DNA of 63,465 nt, the filler included, from Octopus bimaculoides (lineage: Eukaryota): NCBI RefSeq assembly GCF_001194135.2. It is 5 parts of 5 records of this genome, joined end to end, with 100 filler letters (N's around TTAATTAATTAA, not from the genome) between each part and the next. Parts side by side here need not be neighbours in the genome. Positions count along the whole stretch, not along the records: positions 1 to 19,923 come from NC_069004.1; 4 more parts are not named here. One strand, 5' to 3'. Under the pieces are notes generated by a model that was given only the letters and a program-made list of their open reading frames with translations, had not been told where the DNA came from and did no database searches. Position numbers and translations under genes: made by a program. Position 1 is the first letter of the stretch, and the number at the start of each line of letters is the position of its first letter. Below, piece after piece: positions 1-12,794 of the stretch.

Positions 1-164
1 GTGAAAGCGATATAGTAACTATTTCTGATTCAGGAACAAAGGCAGCCACTTTGATGGCGGGTGATTTTGTCAATTACCATCCACCCCACCCCACCCATAA
101 GGACACCACCACCACCATCAAGACAATGAGTCAGCGAAAGAGCCATATGCGGTCCCTCGCTCTT

Positions 165-312
165 CCGGAAATAGCAGCCAAATCGCCTCGTCCAGACATT
201 GAAAAATTGTAAAAGGAACCTTAAATTGGATAATGTAGTGCCAGATGGAATGGTCACGGTTGGAATGCATTTGGTAAGTCCGCGGGATCATGGCGAACTT
301 GGCTTAAACCGC
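165..312 (+). mobile_element. SINE-like repeat body/tail fragment (family G)
   Basis: GAAATAGCAGCCAAATC...GGCTTAAAC resembles the segment at 53190-53390 (ending CCTGGGGCTAAA) and the CCTGGGGCTAAACAGC at ~1403; diverged, boundaries approximate. Confidence 0.35.
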
Positions 313-424
313 TGACACTAGCATCACTGCCGCCACCAGCAAGGGTCACTGAAGCTGTATTGAAATGATGACACGTACAGCTGGCTGCTGACATGAATTG
401 TGATGACAGGACCATAAGTAAGAG

Positions 425-700
425 TTACTGTGAATGAATGGTGGTTGAAAGGAAGAACTGAGAGAAGGGGGGGAACGAGGTGAGAATGGAAGGAAAAGCA
501 GAGAGACGGGGAGGAGGAAATGGAGAAAGAGAATGGAGAAAGAATGAAGAGAGAGGAAGATGGAGAAATAATTGATGGACAGAGATTGAGATGTATGAAA
601 TGCGAGGGGAGAGAGACATATAAATGGATGGAGAGAGAGAGAGAGAGAGAGAGAGTTTGAATGGAAAGAGAGAGGAGAAAATAAAGAAATGGAAAGAACG
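425..700. repeat. Polypurine GA-rich low-complexity tract including (GA)n
   Basis: Almost exclusively A/G on the + strand. Confidence 0.75.
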
Positions 701-739
701 TGGGAGATGTATAGGGCACGGGGAAGCTGTGCGTTGAGG

Positions 740-875
740 ATGCGAGCGTGGTTTTGTGCGTAAGAAGGGCGCTTCGTAAACCATGGCGTTGTGAGTTCGA
801 TTCAACGATGTCGCATCTTGGACAGGTGCATGTCTAAGGAGAAGGTCGAGCCAATACAACTTGGTAGTAGCGTCT
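740..875 (+). mobile_element. Decayed tRNA-derived SINE, family B head
   Basis: GCGTGGTT..GTAAGAAG...GAGTTCGATTC..CATCTTGGACAGGTG aligns loosely with the family B copies at 51827 and 49690. Confidence 0.45.
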
Positions 876-949
876 TCTCAATCGGGATCAGGACGTAAAG
901 TAGCAGGGAAAACACCACAAGGCATTTTGACCAGTGCTCTAACAATTTC

Positions 950-1035
950 CTTACACCAGTACTTTATTTTATCGAACCCCGGAAAGGATCGAAAGAAAAC
1001 GTCGACGCCGACGGGATTTGAATTCAGATTATACC
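950..1035 (-). mobile_element. SINE family A fragment
   Basis: TTTATCGAACCCCGGAAAGGATCGAAAG...GGGATTTGAATTCAG matches the family A central domain and B-box (reverse strand). Confidence 0.55.
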
Positions 1036-1049
1036 ACATAGCACTTCCT

Positions 1050-1190
1050 CCGATGCGGTACCGGATCGATCCCAAAATCTAATCGGTTCGTTTTATCCGA
1101 ATCCATCCAGCGGTTCTTGAGATATTTTGTCCACGGACAAACACGACTGAAAACAATATCCCCGCCTTAGCGAAGGCGGAAGTAATAATA
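1050..1190 (+). mobile_element. Putative terminus of a Helitron/Helentron-type non-autonomous element
   Basis: Subterminal perfect hairpin CCGCCTT-AGCG-AAGGCGG (1162-1179) followed by a short AAGTAATAATAA end; family assignment is inference. Confidence 0.35.
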
Positions 1191-1429
1191 ATTTTTTAAT
1201 GAACGACATCCTCATGTCGAAGCTTACCTTTTTTAACTTCCGGCCAGTGTTTTGAGCTCATGTAAGGTTTCATGGTTACCCATCGGCTTTGGCAGCTGTG
1301 TTTATCGAAACAATACCAACCATCTGAAAGAGAACAACGACAGTGTTTACAGCAGATTCTAAAGAAGGAATGTCAGGGAGTACCTTCTGTTTTTCATCAT
1401 CCTGGGGCTAAACAGCAAAGGACCATAAC

Positions 1430-1570
1430 ATCATCAACAGCAACAGCAGTAACAACAACACCTACAACAGCAATAACAATACCACTAACAACAGCACGAG
1501 CAGTAACAGCAGCAGCGACTGCAAGTGCAAAGCCACCACCACCAACAACAACAACAGCAACAGCAAACTA
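1430..1570. repeat. Imperfect (CAA/CAG/CCA)n trinucleotide tract
   Basis: Seen directly. Confidence 0.8.
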
Positions 1571-1637
1571 TATCGGAGAATAGTCGAACCTTTAAAGGTT
1601 TTATATGTATAAACACACACACACACTGCTGCCTGCT

Positions 1638-1731
<94 letters not shown>
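1638..1731. repeat. Compound microsatellite (TG)n(TA)n(TG)n(TA)n(GA)n, representative of dozens in the window
   Basis: Seen directly. Confidence 0.95.
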
Positions 1732-1732
<1 letters not shown>

Positions 1733-3414
1733 CGTTGTGCCCTTGTTTCAACCCCTCACCCACGTCTCTCTGACTTCACTCCACCCCGCTCTCTTCCATG
1801 TCTGACTAGCACGTTCTTNNNNNNNNNNNNNNNNNNNNNNNNNNNNNNNNNNNNNNNNNNNNNNNNNNNNNNNNNNNNNNNNNNNNNNNNNNNNNNNNNN
1901 NNNNNNNNNNNNNNNNNNNNNNNNNNNNNNNNNNNNNNNNNNNNNNNNNNNNNNNNNNNNNNNNNNNNNNNNNNNNNNNNNNNNNNNNNNNNNNNNNNNN
2001 NNNNNNNNNNNNNNNNNNNNNNNNNNNNNNNNNNNNNNNNNNNNNNNNNNNNNNNNNNNNNNNNNNNNNNNNNNNNNNNNNNNNNNNNNNNNNNNNNNNN
2101 NNNNNNNNNNNNNNNNNNNNNNNNNNNNNNNNNNNNNNNNNNNNNNNNNNNNNNNNNNNNNNNNNNNNNNNNNNNNNNNNNNNNNNNNNNNNNNTAGGAA
2201 GAGGAGGGGGGGGTGCGTTTTATGTGTTGTGGTGCGTATGCTGTGCATGTGTGTATGTGTGTGTGTGTGTGTATGTGTGCATGTGTGTGTGTGTGTGTGT
2301 TGCTAGCTGTTGCATGTTATATGTTGTGCGTGTTATATGTTTGTGTGTGTGTCTGTATATGATGTGTTACATATACGTTGTTGCGTGTGCTTTATATGCA
2401 TGTAGTTGTGTGTGTGTTATGTGTGTGTGCATGTGGCCATATGATATTATGGTGTGTGTGTGTGTCTATGCATGTTTTGGGATGCTTATAATTGCTGTGT
2501 GTTGTTACACATCTATTTTCGCCTAATTAAGTTCCAGCTGCCCTCCAGCTCCCCCCACTACCACCCCACATACCGTCGCCCTTTCTCCATCTATAACTCT
2601 CCCTCTCTCACGTCTCTCTTCTTCCCTCTCTCCTTGCTCCTCTTTCTTTCTTTTTCTCCTCTCCCTCTCTCTCTCACTGATTGCATGAAAACGCATCAGC
2701 CATAAAATATGTTCTTTTTTTTGCTGTCGTTGGACGATAAATGCTTGTGTTCTTAATGGTGGTGGTGGTGGTGGTGTTAGGGTTTTATTTACAAATTCCA
2801 CTTGCGACAAAGAACGAAAAGCCTGCCCGTTAGCCCCCCCCCCCCCCCCCGCCATCACCACACTTCTGATGGCTGATTCTGAGAAGGAGTGAGTGAGTGG
2901 GTGAGTAGGAGTGGGTTGCCGGTGGAAAGGATAAAAGTCAGTTACCGCCGTTTTTCTTCTTCCTTTTCAAAGTCCCTTCACGCAAGTCTTTCTGTAATGG
3001 CAACAAGTTGACAACAGACACAAATTACTCAAGTTTAAGACACTCACAGTCGTAAACAAGGCTTGATCTCGCTTTCCGAGTTTCAAATACCTTTACAGAC
3101 TGCTACCCTCACCTCCACCCCATATCTTTCTTCACTCGCTCCAATTTAGACCTTCATTTTAGAACGTCGACGTAACCCCCTACCACCACCACCACCACCC
3201 AACACAGCTCATCTTTTTCATTTACCTTTGTACATGTTTTTGTTTTTTGGCGTTTATCAGCGACTAAATTATTATGAAATATTAATGGAGTTCGTTCTGA
3301 AGCAAGGGTTTTCTTTTAAAGTGAGATTGCAAGCATTTTACATGGCCAAGCGTCTGGTGCAAGGCTGGAAATATTTTCGGACCAGCTCTTTGGTGTAACA
3401 GTCGTTGAACCTAT

Positions 3415-3600
3415 GGCGTGGGAACAAGTGCTGGTTTGTTTACGTCCTCGTAATGTAGCGGCTCGACAAAAGAGACCGATAGATTAAAGACCATACTTAA
3501 AATAAGTACTAAGGTCAATTTGTTCGACCAAATCCTTCGAGACCGTGCCCCAGCATGGCCACAGTGCAATGACTGAAACAAGTGAAGAAAAGAAGAAAAA
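3415..3600 (+). mobile_element. SINE 3' body and tail (segment C)
   Basis: GGCTCGACAAAAGAGACCGATAGA...GTGCCCCAGCATGGCCACAGTGCAATGACTGAAACAAG matches 49960-50160. Confidence 0.8.
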
Positions 3601-4226
3601 CAAACATGGATGATACCACAAGAAACGTATTCCGTCCGACAGAAAACTTTCACAGGATGTTTCAACTTGACAAATCAATCAAAACGTAAAACTTAGGGAC
3701 GCCATCTGTGCACAGCAAGAGACAGAACTTCCTCCCCTCTGAATCGTTCCCAGTCATCAACCAACGCAATTCCCTTCTTATTTATTCATTATTCCCTGTT
3801 GATAGGGGTGCTTGCCCTCCCTCACCCCACCCATGTGGTCTTCCCCTCTCTTTTTTTTTATCGCGGTGTTTGTCCGTGCGTGACCCATATTCGCTAGAGG
3901 CAGAGTGTCAAGGTGTCATGTTACAGGACCAAAAACCGCTTCATTTTCTGCCGTTTAATAATTGACAAAACAGTTTCGTTGTCCGCAGACTTTTCTCAAC
4001 GCCAGAAAGTTAAGTGTTAAGAATGAATCGTTTTCGTATTTGCTTTGCAAGACTCCCGATGTGGAATCGTGTGTTGAAGTATTTTGTTGCATGGCCGTAT
4101 CAGTGTGAAGCAAGGATTAGGAAAAAACCGACTTTAGGGAGGTTAAAAAAGTATGTTTATCACATTTTAAACCTCTAAAAGCAAATTCACTGCATTTACT
4201 GTGAAGGAAAAAATTTCTCTTACAAT

Positions 4227-4433
4227 AATCCTTTTCTACTATAGGCACAAGACCTGAAATTTTGGGGTAGGGACTAGTCGATTACACCGACCCCAGTGCG
4301 TAGCTGGTATTTAATTTATTGCTCCGAAAGACAAAGTTGATCTCGGCGGAATTTGAACTCAAAACGCAGCGACGGGCGAATTACCACTAAGCATTTCGTC
4401 CACCGAGTTAACGATCCTGCCAGCTCGCCACCT
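4227..4433 (-). mobile_element. tRNA-derived SINE family A, near full length
   Basis: Reverse strand reads GGTGGCGAGCTGGCAGGATCGTTA (head)...GAGTTCAAATTCCGCCGAG (B-box)...CTTGTGCCTATAGTAGAAAAGG (tail); many copies in the window. Confidence 0.9.
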
Positions 4434-4884
4434 ACTTGTTGTTGTCCACGTATGAAACTTTTGTGATCTTGCGTTCCTCATCAGTTGCAGCCAGTTTTCC
4501 TACTGAGAAGATAGAAACCTCTGCCGTGTCTCTCATCCTGAAGGGAAGACTCTGTCCGAAACAATGGAATCTCCATTCCTCACGGCAAGTGTTTCGTTCT
4601 TCTTTTTTTATTTCACCAATTAATACAAGTCTTACCCATGCAGACCTGCATTAGTCTCTTCGGAGTCTGTTTGACTCACACACACACACATACATAGACA
4701 TACATTCGCATACAAACACACACAAGCCGAGCGATCGCTAAAAAGATTCGTCGGTATTTTCGTTTTATTCTCGAAGACCACACATACATATATACCGTAC
4801 TTACGTGTATAAATCAATTTGTTCACGAGTAAATACGGTACACATACAACATAGTGTGTGTGTGTGTGTGTGTGTGTGCATCTT

Positions 4885-4923
<39 letters not shown>

Positions 4924-5501
4924 ATATATATATAGTTGCATGTATATACACATGTATGTGTATGTGTGCATATGTGTATATATATGTGTGTGTGTGTGCA
5001 GTTTGTATGTATATCACCAGCATAGCAATGCTATGAACAATACAAAAAAAAAAAAAAGAAAAAGGCCAAGCATCGTCGTCGCCGTAGATTGAACCGGTCG
5101 CCCGCGGGCACTCAACTTTCATAAGGGCGGAATATCGGCCAAGATAAAAGGCTAAGAAACAGGTGCTGTCCGATATATTTCTGACGTATTTATAGATTAA
5201 GGGTGTCAACTGAGATGGTTCTACACCCGCAGCTATGGTACACAACCAACCAACAAAGCAAACAACTACGAGTGTGATTGAAAACGATTACAAGTACCTG
5301 CAAACACACACACACACACACACANNNNNNNNNNNNNNNNNNNNNNNNNNNNNNNNNNNNNNNNNNNNNNNNNNNNNNNNNNNNNNNNNNNNNNNNNNNN
5401 NNNNNNNNNNNNNNNNNNNNNNNNNNNNNNNNNNNNNNNNNNNNNNNNNNNNNNNNNNNNNNNNNNNNNNNNNNNNNNNNNNNNNNNNNNNNNNNNNNNN
5501 N

Positions 5502-5545
<44 letters not shown>

Positions 5546-6089
5546 TGTATCCTCCTCCGTCTCTCACACACAATGTACATAAAAACAAAAGGTACAAATT
5601 CACACACACATACACACACGCACAGCTGGTTAGACAGATAGATGCATGGACAGATAGCTTACACACACACACACACCACTCAAGTTTTTTTCTGGAGTTA
5701 TTGAGATTGTTTACAGCGGCCCTTTGAATGTGAAGTGTGTGTGTGCTCGCGCGCGTCTATATTTGTATGTGTGTGCTAGCACCTGTGTGCATGCACGAAT
5801 GTCATGTGTGTGCGTGTGTGTGTGTGTGTGTGTATGTATTGCGTGTTTTGAAGGTTGTGTACTTAAGTACTCTAAACGTGCACCGAATAAAGGTCTCCAT
5901 GCCGACTCTTCAACTTCCAACAACAGTCGTTAATAACTGACTATTTTACTCGGAGCTCTCGCTGCTGCCTGTTTCTCCGTTTTGTGAAGCCAGTGTCCGC
6001 AAACCTCGCGGCGGTCACTACAGATGACCAGAAGGAAATTGTCCGCAGGGCGGTATCTCTGCTCCTAATAATATTAACAATCCATTCTA

Positions 6090-6223
6090 CAATAAGCACA
6101 AGGCATGAGATTTTGGAGAAGGGCCGACCCCAGTGCTCGACTGCTACTTATTTTATTGACCTCAAAACAGTGAAAGGCAAATTCGATCTCAGTGCTAAGC
6201 ATTAACCATTCTGCCAGCTCGCC
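6090..6223 (-). mobile_element. SINE family A, internally deleted
   Basis: GCACAAGGCATGAGATTTTGG...TTCTGCCAGCTCGCC. Confidence 0.75.
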
Positions 6224-8420
6224 ATATTCGTAATAATGATAATGATGATTTCAAATTTTAGCACAAGGCCAGCAATTTCGGGTGAATCGATTAGGTCAAT
6301 CCCATTGTACAGCTGGAACTTCTTAACTACACAGCCAAGTCCGCGCGCAAACTTTCTTAAGAGTGTTTTTAGACCCTCCCTTACGACCGGTAAATTATTC
6401 AACATCAAACGGCATCATTCTCAATCACACGCTTTTCTATCTCTCTGATAAGAGACCTCTCGTCAGCTCATGGCTCTGATATGGATAAAATTTTATAAGC
6501 ATAAAACCTGTTAGGCCTCAAAACGAATCTTGGTAAAAAAAAAAAAACTTTCGTTCGTTATCAGCTCGGCTGAGGAAAGCTTTGTCTAAACATGGCTACT
6601 TAAAATATCGGTATAAAGTAAAATTTATGAAAAAAAAAACGTGTCTTCTTTCAAAATATCTTTGCAGCATGTCAAAGGGATGCAGATTTTCATTAAATAT
6701 GGCTACCTTTTGAAAAATTACAATTTTCATTATGGTTTCAACGATACACACTTGTGTTTTGTGAGCGTCATAGTGCCAATAAAATTACACACATTGATTA
6801 CGTTTTAGTTCAGTTTTATCACCCATCAACTCGATTGTTGTTATTATTATTGTAAAGTTCAACTTCGATCACTATCTGGAGCAATTCTCAACGTAACAAT
6901 AATCTCTGATCAACGAATGACAGAGCCAACATCTTTTCAAAAACAATTTATTCAAAATATATTGAATTTTTGAGATTATATCTATTTTCGGTGCCAATAA
7001 AAGACAGACAAGACCAGATTCATGTTGCCTTTTTCCAGCGTTCCTTTCACTCTTTCTCTTCTGTCTGCACCCTTACAACATCCCCCAACTTATACGTCCA
7101 CGCATCTACATGCACACACACACACACACACACTTAATACACACACTCCACATGCTGCTGTGCATCAGGTCCCCCCCCTTCACAACTATAACAACCATAT
7201 TATCTCTCATGGACCTACAACCTTCCATCTTTTAAGTACTTCTTTACAACAACAAAAAAGCCGCCATTTTCTATTTTTGTCTAATCTCTTTACAAATATT
7301 ATTATCCACCATATAAAGGCCACGGCATAAAACTTCACTTTGAGATAACAACAAAATAATAACCAACACAAGTCTTTTGCAGGAACCAATGATAAAAAAA
7401 AACAATAATGTACAAAACAAAAACCCCCACCGCCACAACCACTACCAAAGAGATAGAGAGAATGAGAGAGGAAGAGAAAGAGAAAGAAGGAGAGAGCGAA
7501 GGAGAGAGATGAAAGAGGTTATTAAAATCTCTTTCAATATTTTTGTTTTCTTTTTCAAGTGATCTTGTTTTATATATACTCCGCTGTAGGTAGCTTGTAC
7601 TCAACAAGTCGTGGCGATGTATATATACAGAGATAGTGTGTGTGTGTGTATGTGTGTGTGCGTGTGTGTGTGAAATTATAAGATATATATGAGTATATAC
7701 AGGTAAATAGATAGAAATAGAGCGATAAATACGCACACACACGTACGCCCTTGATGGGGCAGACCTGTCGGTGGGTTCCAGGCTTTGAACAACAAAAAAC
7801 AAAAAGCGTCTTCGGGAGGTGATAAGATAGGAATAAAATTAAGGAATTCATAGTAAAAATACAGTATATGCGCGCGTGCGACTTTGTGTGTTTGTGTGTA
7901 TGTATACGTATATGCACGTATGCACACACACACATATATATATATGTATATATATACACATATACACATATATATTTATATATGTAATATGTATATGTAT
8001 ATACATATATATATATATATANNNNNNNNNNNNNNNNNNNNNNNNNNNNNNNNNNNNNNNNNNNNNNNNNNNNNNNNNNNNNNNNNNNNNNNNNNNNNNN
8101 NNNNNNNNNNNNNNNNNNNNNNNNNNNNNNNNNNNNNNNNNNNNNNNNNNNNNNNNNNNNNNNNNNNNNNNNNNNNNNNNNNNNNNNNNNNNNNNNNNNN
8201 NNNNNNNNNNNNNNNNNNNNNNNNNNNNNNNNNNNNNNNNNNNNNNNNNNNNNNNNNNNNNNNNNNNNNNNNNNNNNNNNNNNNNNNNNNNNNNNNNNNN
8301 NNNNNNNNNNNNNNNNNNNNNNNNNNNNNNNNNNNNNNNNNNNNNNNNNNNNNNNNNNNNNNNNNNNNNNNNNNNNNNNNNNNNNNNNNNNNNNNNNNNN
8401 NNNNNNNNNNNNNNNNNCCG

Positions 8421-8475
<55 letters not shown>

Positions 8476-8479
8476 TGTG

Positions 8480-8560
8480 TGTGTGTTTCCCACTACCGCT
8501 TGATAACTGGTGTTGGCGTGTTTAAGTCCCCGTAACATAGCCATTCGGCAAAAGAGACGA
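8480..8560 (+). mobile_element. SINE segment C fragment after (TG)n
   Basis: CGCTTGATAACTGGTGTTGGCGTGTTTAAGTCCCCGTAACATAGCCATTCGGCAAAAGAGAC. Confidence 0.75.
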
Positions 8561-8974
8561 AATGTGTTCAACAAAATTACGTGTCGGAGGAGCATTAGTT
8601 GGCATTTAGTTGGATCATTAGCACACACACACGATATTGATATTGCGTGGTGTATATAAAAAATACGTATTACAGATGCAGAGAAAGTTATTAAGGTAAA
8701 TTTGACTCACCTTCTAAAAAGATAATCCATTTAAAGCTTCCAAAAGACCGTCTTAGGTAATATCTGGATGGGGAAAAATAAATAAGACAAAATCAGAATT
8801 AAAATTGCTGTAAATTTCATGTCCACAAAGAATAAATTAAAATTTGTGTGAGTTTTGGACGTGTATAAAAATTAGCAGCAAATTCCCTAAAATATATCTC
8901 GTCAAGGGGCCTCAAAAGCATCTTAAGGGACTCTGATTCTCCTCCTGTTTGTGTCACGAATCACGTTGCTAACT

Positions 8975-9140
8975 TATCGCAAGCTGCTAAGAAGTTTGCT
9001 TCCCAATCACATGGTTTCAGGTTCAATCCCACTGCGAAGCATCCAGGGTACTCTAGGTCTTCTACTATAGCCTCGGACCAGCCAAAGCCTTGAAAGTGGA
9101 TTTGATTGATGGAAACTGAATAAAGCCTATCGTATATATG
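8975..9140 (+). mobile_element. tRNA-derived SINE family B (CORE-like)
   Basis: AAGAAGTTTGCTTCCCAATCACATGG..GGTTCAATCCCACTGCG...TCTTCTACTATAGCCTCGG...GGAAACTGAA. Confidence 0.8.
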
Positions 9141-9569
9141 TGTGTGTGTGTGAGAGAGACTGCTGGAAGTGTACATAGAGTTATGCTGTGTTCAACAAGC
9201 AAGTTGTGTGGTTAGAAGAATTTATATATGTATGTATATACTGGAGATATATATTGAACAAAAAACAATATGAAATCGATAGCATAATATGAAAAACAGA
9301 CCGAAAGAAAATAAGAAACAGAAATTTTCAGCTTTAGATCTTATAACAGGATACTGGTTCAAGAATCACCACGTTGTATCCCCGAGATTTGATATGTATG
9401 GGATGAGCACTAAGTGTGCGTTAGACCAACTACCATTGATCCTCTCTTTCTCAAAAAAAAAAAAAATGAAAAACGTTCTAAACCAAAAATTATCGCCTAA
9501 AATTACGTGTCGGAGGAGGATTAGTTGGTGTCTCATTCTGCTGTTACAGGATGATTGTACCACCATCAT

Positions 9570-9769
9570 TACGAGGGGGTTGAAAAGTTCCTGGCTTTGA
9601 GTAAAAGAGAGGATCAGTTCATTATAATTTTATTCAACGTATTTCTCTCTCAGATTCACGCACTTATTCCTTGGGTCCTTCAGTTTTTCTAAGCCCTGTA
9701 AAAGAACTCGGAACGTTGGGCTTCCAGCCAGACCTTTCGCAACAGCCTTAAAGCCAGGACTCCCTCGTA
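9570..9769. mobile_element. Mariner-derived MITE (~200 bp)
   Basis: TA-CGAGGGGGTTGAAAAGTTCCTGGCTTT at left; AAAGCCAGGACTCCCTCG-TA at right (right TIR carries a short internal deletion); flanking TA. Confidence 0.8.
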
Positions 9770-10444
9770 TTATAATCGTTCAGTTATTCTGGTAACATCT
9801 CTATTTCTTTTATTTTATAAAATAAATTTGCAATTTTTTATTTCATTATATTAGTATTTAACATAATTTAATAAAAATAAAATAACATGACGTTTTTTGT
9901 TTTCAGAAAGAGGCTTTCAGTTTCGGGGAAAGCTTTATGTTGGATGCTGTGGGGGTGATTTCCCAATTATAACCACAACATTAGCAATGTAAGAGAAATT
10001 AAGTGACTTCAAAGCAGGATCGAAACCAACGTGCGGTCTTCGCCGGCCGAATGGTTACTTTTGCTTCCTTTAATATTGTGAATATTACAAGGAGTGCAAT
10101 GACATCGTGAGAAAATAATACTCGGTCTTTGATAGTCGAGGGAAGGACGGTAAATAATGAAGCAGGTTTTTTCTTTTATATTTTATATATTTTTTTTTTT
10201 ACATCCCCACCACCACCACCACCACCGCTACGAGAGAACAGAAGACAACAAACGCAAACACCACGGGCCAGAAACCTGATACATGAGAGCTGACACGTAT
10301 CAGATGTTTCCATCACATATCAGCAGTATCAACTTCAATTGAAGAGCGGCAAATATACGGGAGATAACTCTAACGTGCGGTGCTTGACGTTTTTATGTAG
10401 ATCAAAGGAACGTGGAGAGAACAAAAAGAAAAAGAAGGAAAAAA

Positions 10445-10483
<39 letters not shown>

Positions 10484-10597
10484 CCCACGAAAGAATAAAT
10501 GTTTTTGCACGGCCAAAAAGAGTTGAACTGTTGAATTGCACGAAGTTCTCACGGATTTTCGGGAGGGATATATATATATATACATACTTACACGCGT

Positions 10598-10640
<43 letters not shown>

Positions 10641-11059
10641 CATATACATATACACAAACACAAACACACTCACACACACACACACATATATGTTTCTAAT
10701 GGAACCAGCATCGTCCAGATGTCTTCAGAAGAGATTTTTTTGTTGCTTTGTTTCGTGCTTGGTTTTTATGTGTGTGTGTGTGTGTGTTTTAGACTTGTCC
10801 AACTACTAATTGCTACACACGCGCACGCGCATGTACACATTCACACACGCACACACACACACACACACACATGCGCATACTCATTTCCCTATTCTTTTCA
10901 TTCATTCCACAAAGAAAAATGTTTACATTGCCGAGAGAACAGAGAATTGTTTTCCAAGTTTAAAACGGTGAACACAGTAGCAGCAGCAGTAGTAGTAGTA
11001 GTAGTATACTATTGTTTATAACCACGTTAGGCAAACGTACGTTTAGAGTGGCAGGAGGA

Positions 11060-11155
11060 GAAGTAAAGCTGACCTTAGTGGGGTTTGAACTCAGAACGTA
11101 AAGAAGCATAACTAAACAACGCAAGACATTTGCTGGAAGGTTTAACGATGTTGCC
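11060..11155 (-). mobile_element. SINE family A head fragment
   Basis: GGGTTTGAACTCAGAACGTAAAG...AACGATGTTGCCA. Confidence 0.6.
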
Positions 11156-11539
11156 AATCCAGAATCCCTTAAAACCCACAATTTTTATAACGATATCGTC
11201 TGGCTTTGAATCGATCGCTGATGAATTCGGTTGAAACATACGATGTGCCTAGGGGCGTTTTTAGAGGAAGCGGAGGGGTTCATCCCTTTCCATTGCTGTT
11301 TACAGAAAGACAGACAGGCGGACAGATATAAAGAGAGAGAGAGGGAGAAAGAGGAGGAGGTGAATGAGAGACGGATAAACAGAAAGTGTGTTTGTGAGAG
11401 AGAGAGAGAGAGAGTGGAGAGAAAGAAAAAGAGTAGGAGAAAGAATCGGAGAGAGTGATAGCCGGATAGACAGAAAGTGTGTTTGTGTGTGTCAGAGAGA
11501 GAGAGAGAGAGAGAGACTCTCTTCTCAGTACGAAGCCAG

Positions 11540-11630
11540 CCCTGTATTTATCGACCCCGAAAGGATAAAAGGTGAAGTTATTGGTCGGCAGTATTTGAAA
11601 TGAAAGTAAAGAAAGCCGGAACGAATACCA
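11540..11630 (-). mobile_element. SINE family A central fragment
   Basis: ATTTATCGACCCCGAAAGGATAAAAGG. Confidence 0.65.
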
Positions 11631-11650
11631 CAGTGACAATGTCTCTAACG

Positions 11651-11676
11651 AGGCGGCCAATCAGTCGCCTATAAAT
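11651..11676 (+). promoter_or_regulatory. Possible core promoter: CCAAT box plus TATA box
   Basis: GGCCAATCAG (CCAAT at 11657-11661) and TATAAA (11670-11675) in non-repeat, CpG-containing sequence. Confidence 0.3.
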
Positions 11677-12639
11677 GACATTGCATCTACGTGAAAAAAA
11701 AACAAAATCCCGTTTTATTTAATAAAAAATGTAAGAAAAAATTCCCTTCAAAGAAGTGACGTTTTTCTGTGACATTTTTTTTTTTTACCGCCGAACTCTA
11801 AGAAGGCGAATTAAATGTGCCAAAGTTGTCACCTTCAATACGTCGTCGCACAAAAATCTGTTTACAATGATTCAAAGAAAATTATAAAACAAAACAAAAC
11901 CTTCCAATACCATTACGATGCGATGCTAGAACTTTCCAGAAGTTTTGATATCTTGCTTCTGGGCCATTGTCGCAGAAGGTAAACCAAAACAGGTTTTCAA
12001 AATAATTTTAGAATGCCCAGAAAAAACACTACATGCCAGTAAAGTTTTGCTGAAATAGTTCATTTTACTCACATGACTTTGGCCGGCTCCGAGCTATAGC
12101 AGAAGACAGTTGCTACACTCGAAAACACCTTCCAAAGATACTTTCCGCACAGTAAGACCGAACCCATAATCTCAGGCTTATAAAGCGCATAACTTAACAG
12201 CCGACCACACGGCTATGCCTGCACCTTATATATTTCTGGGTTTTTTTATAGCCTTTCAGTACTTTGAGCCCAACTAAATAACTTGATTGAAGAAGCAACA
12301 TGGCAGACGATACTAATAAAGTTGTGATTCACAGTTACAAGCTTCATGATATATTTATGGCTTTTGATTGACAGTTCAATAGTTCTGTTGATAGAAATGA
12401 CTGGCGTTGAGTTCAGAGTTTTCGTCGTCGTTTATGGCGTGTCGTTGTTGCAGTTTGTTTAGTTTTGTACCTCGTTATTCATTTGTATCTCTTTATTCAT
12501 TTTGCTGCAATAAAACAGCATGATGTTCACCGTACACCTTCTCCGTCCGTCTGCTATGGAATGCGCGTCCATCTCATTCAAATATGTCGTTTATCTTTTT
12601 TATCTTTTACTTGCCTTGGTCATTGGACTGTGCTGGAGC

Positions 12640-12780
12640 ACTACCATATGTATACAACGTCTTCCACACAGTTTCCTTCTGCCAAAGTCGTTCACAAGGT
12701 ATTGGTCGGCCCAGGACCATAGTGGAAGACACTTGCCGGAGGTGTCGCGAAATGGGACTGAACCCGAACCACTGGTTCTT
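12640..12780 (-). mobile_element. SINE family B
   Basis: CACAAGGTATTGGTCGGCCC...GAAGACACTTGCC...GGGACTGAACCCGAACCA. Confidence 0.8.
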
Positions 12781-12794
12781 AAATGTAAATATTT

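Noticed and set aside
6435-6470. CUGACGA-containing motif on the minus strand (similar one at 49498-49520)
   Set aside because: No correctly placed stem II closing pair, GAAA or stem III; not a hammerhead
6565-6740. Two short open segments with KHGYL/KYGYL (MMP prodomain-like)
   Set aside because: Weak donors, no cysteine-switch motif, short AT-rich chance match
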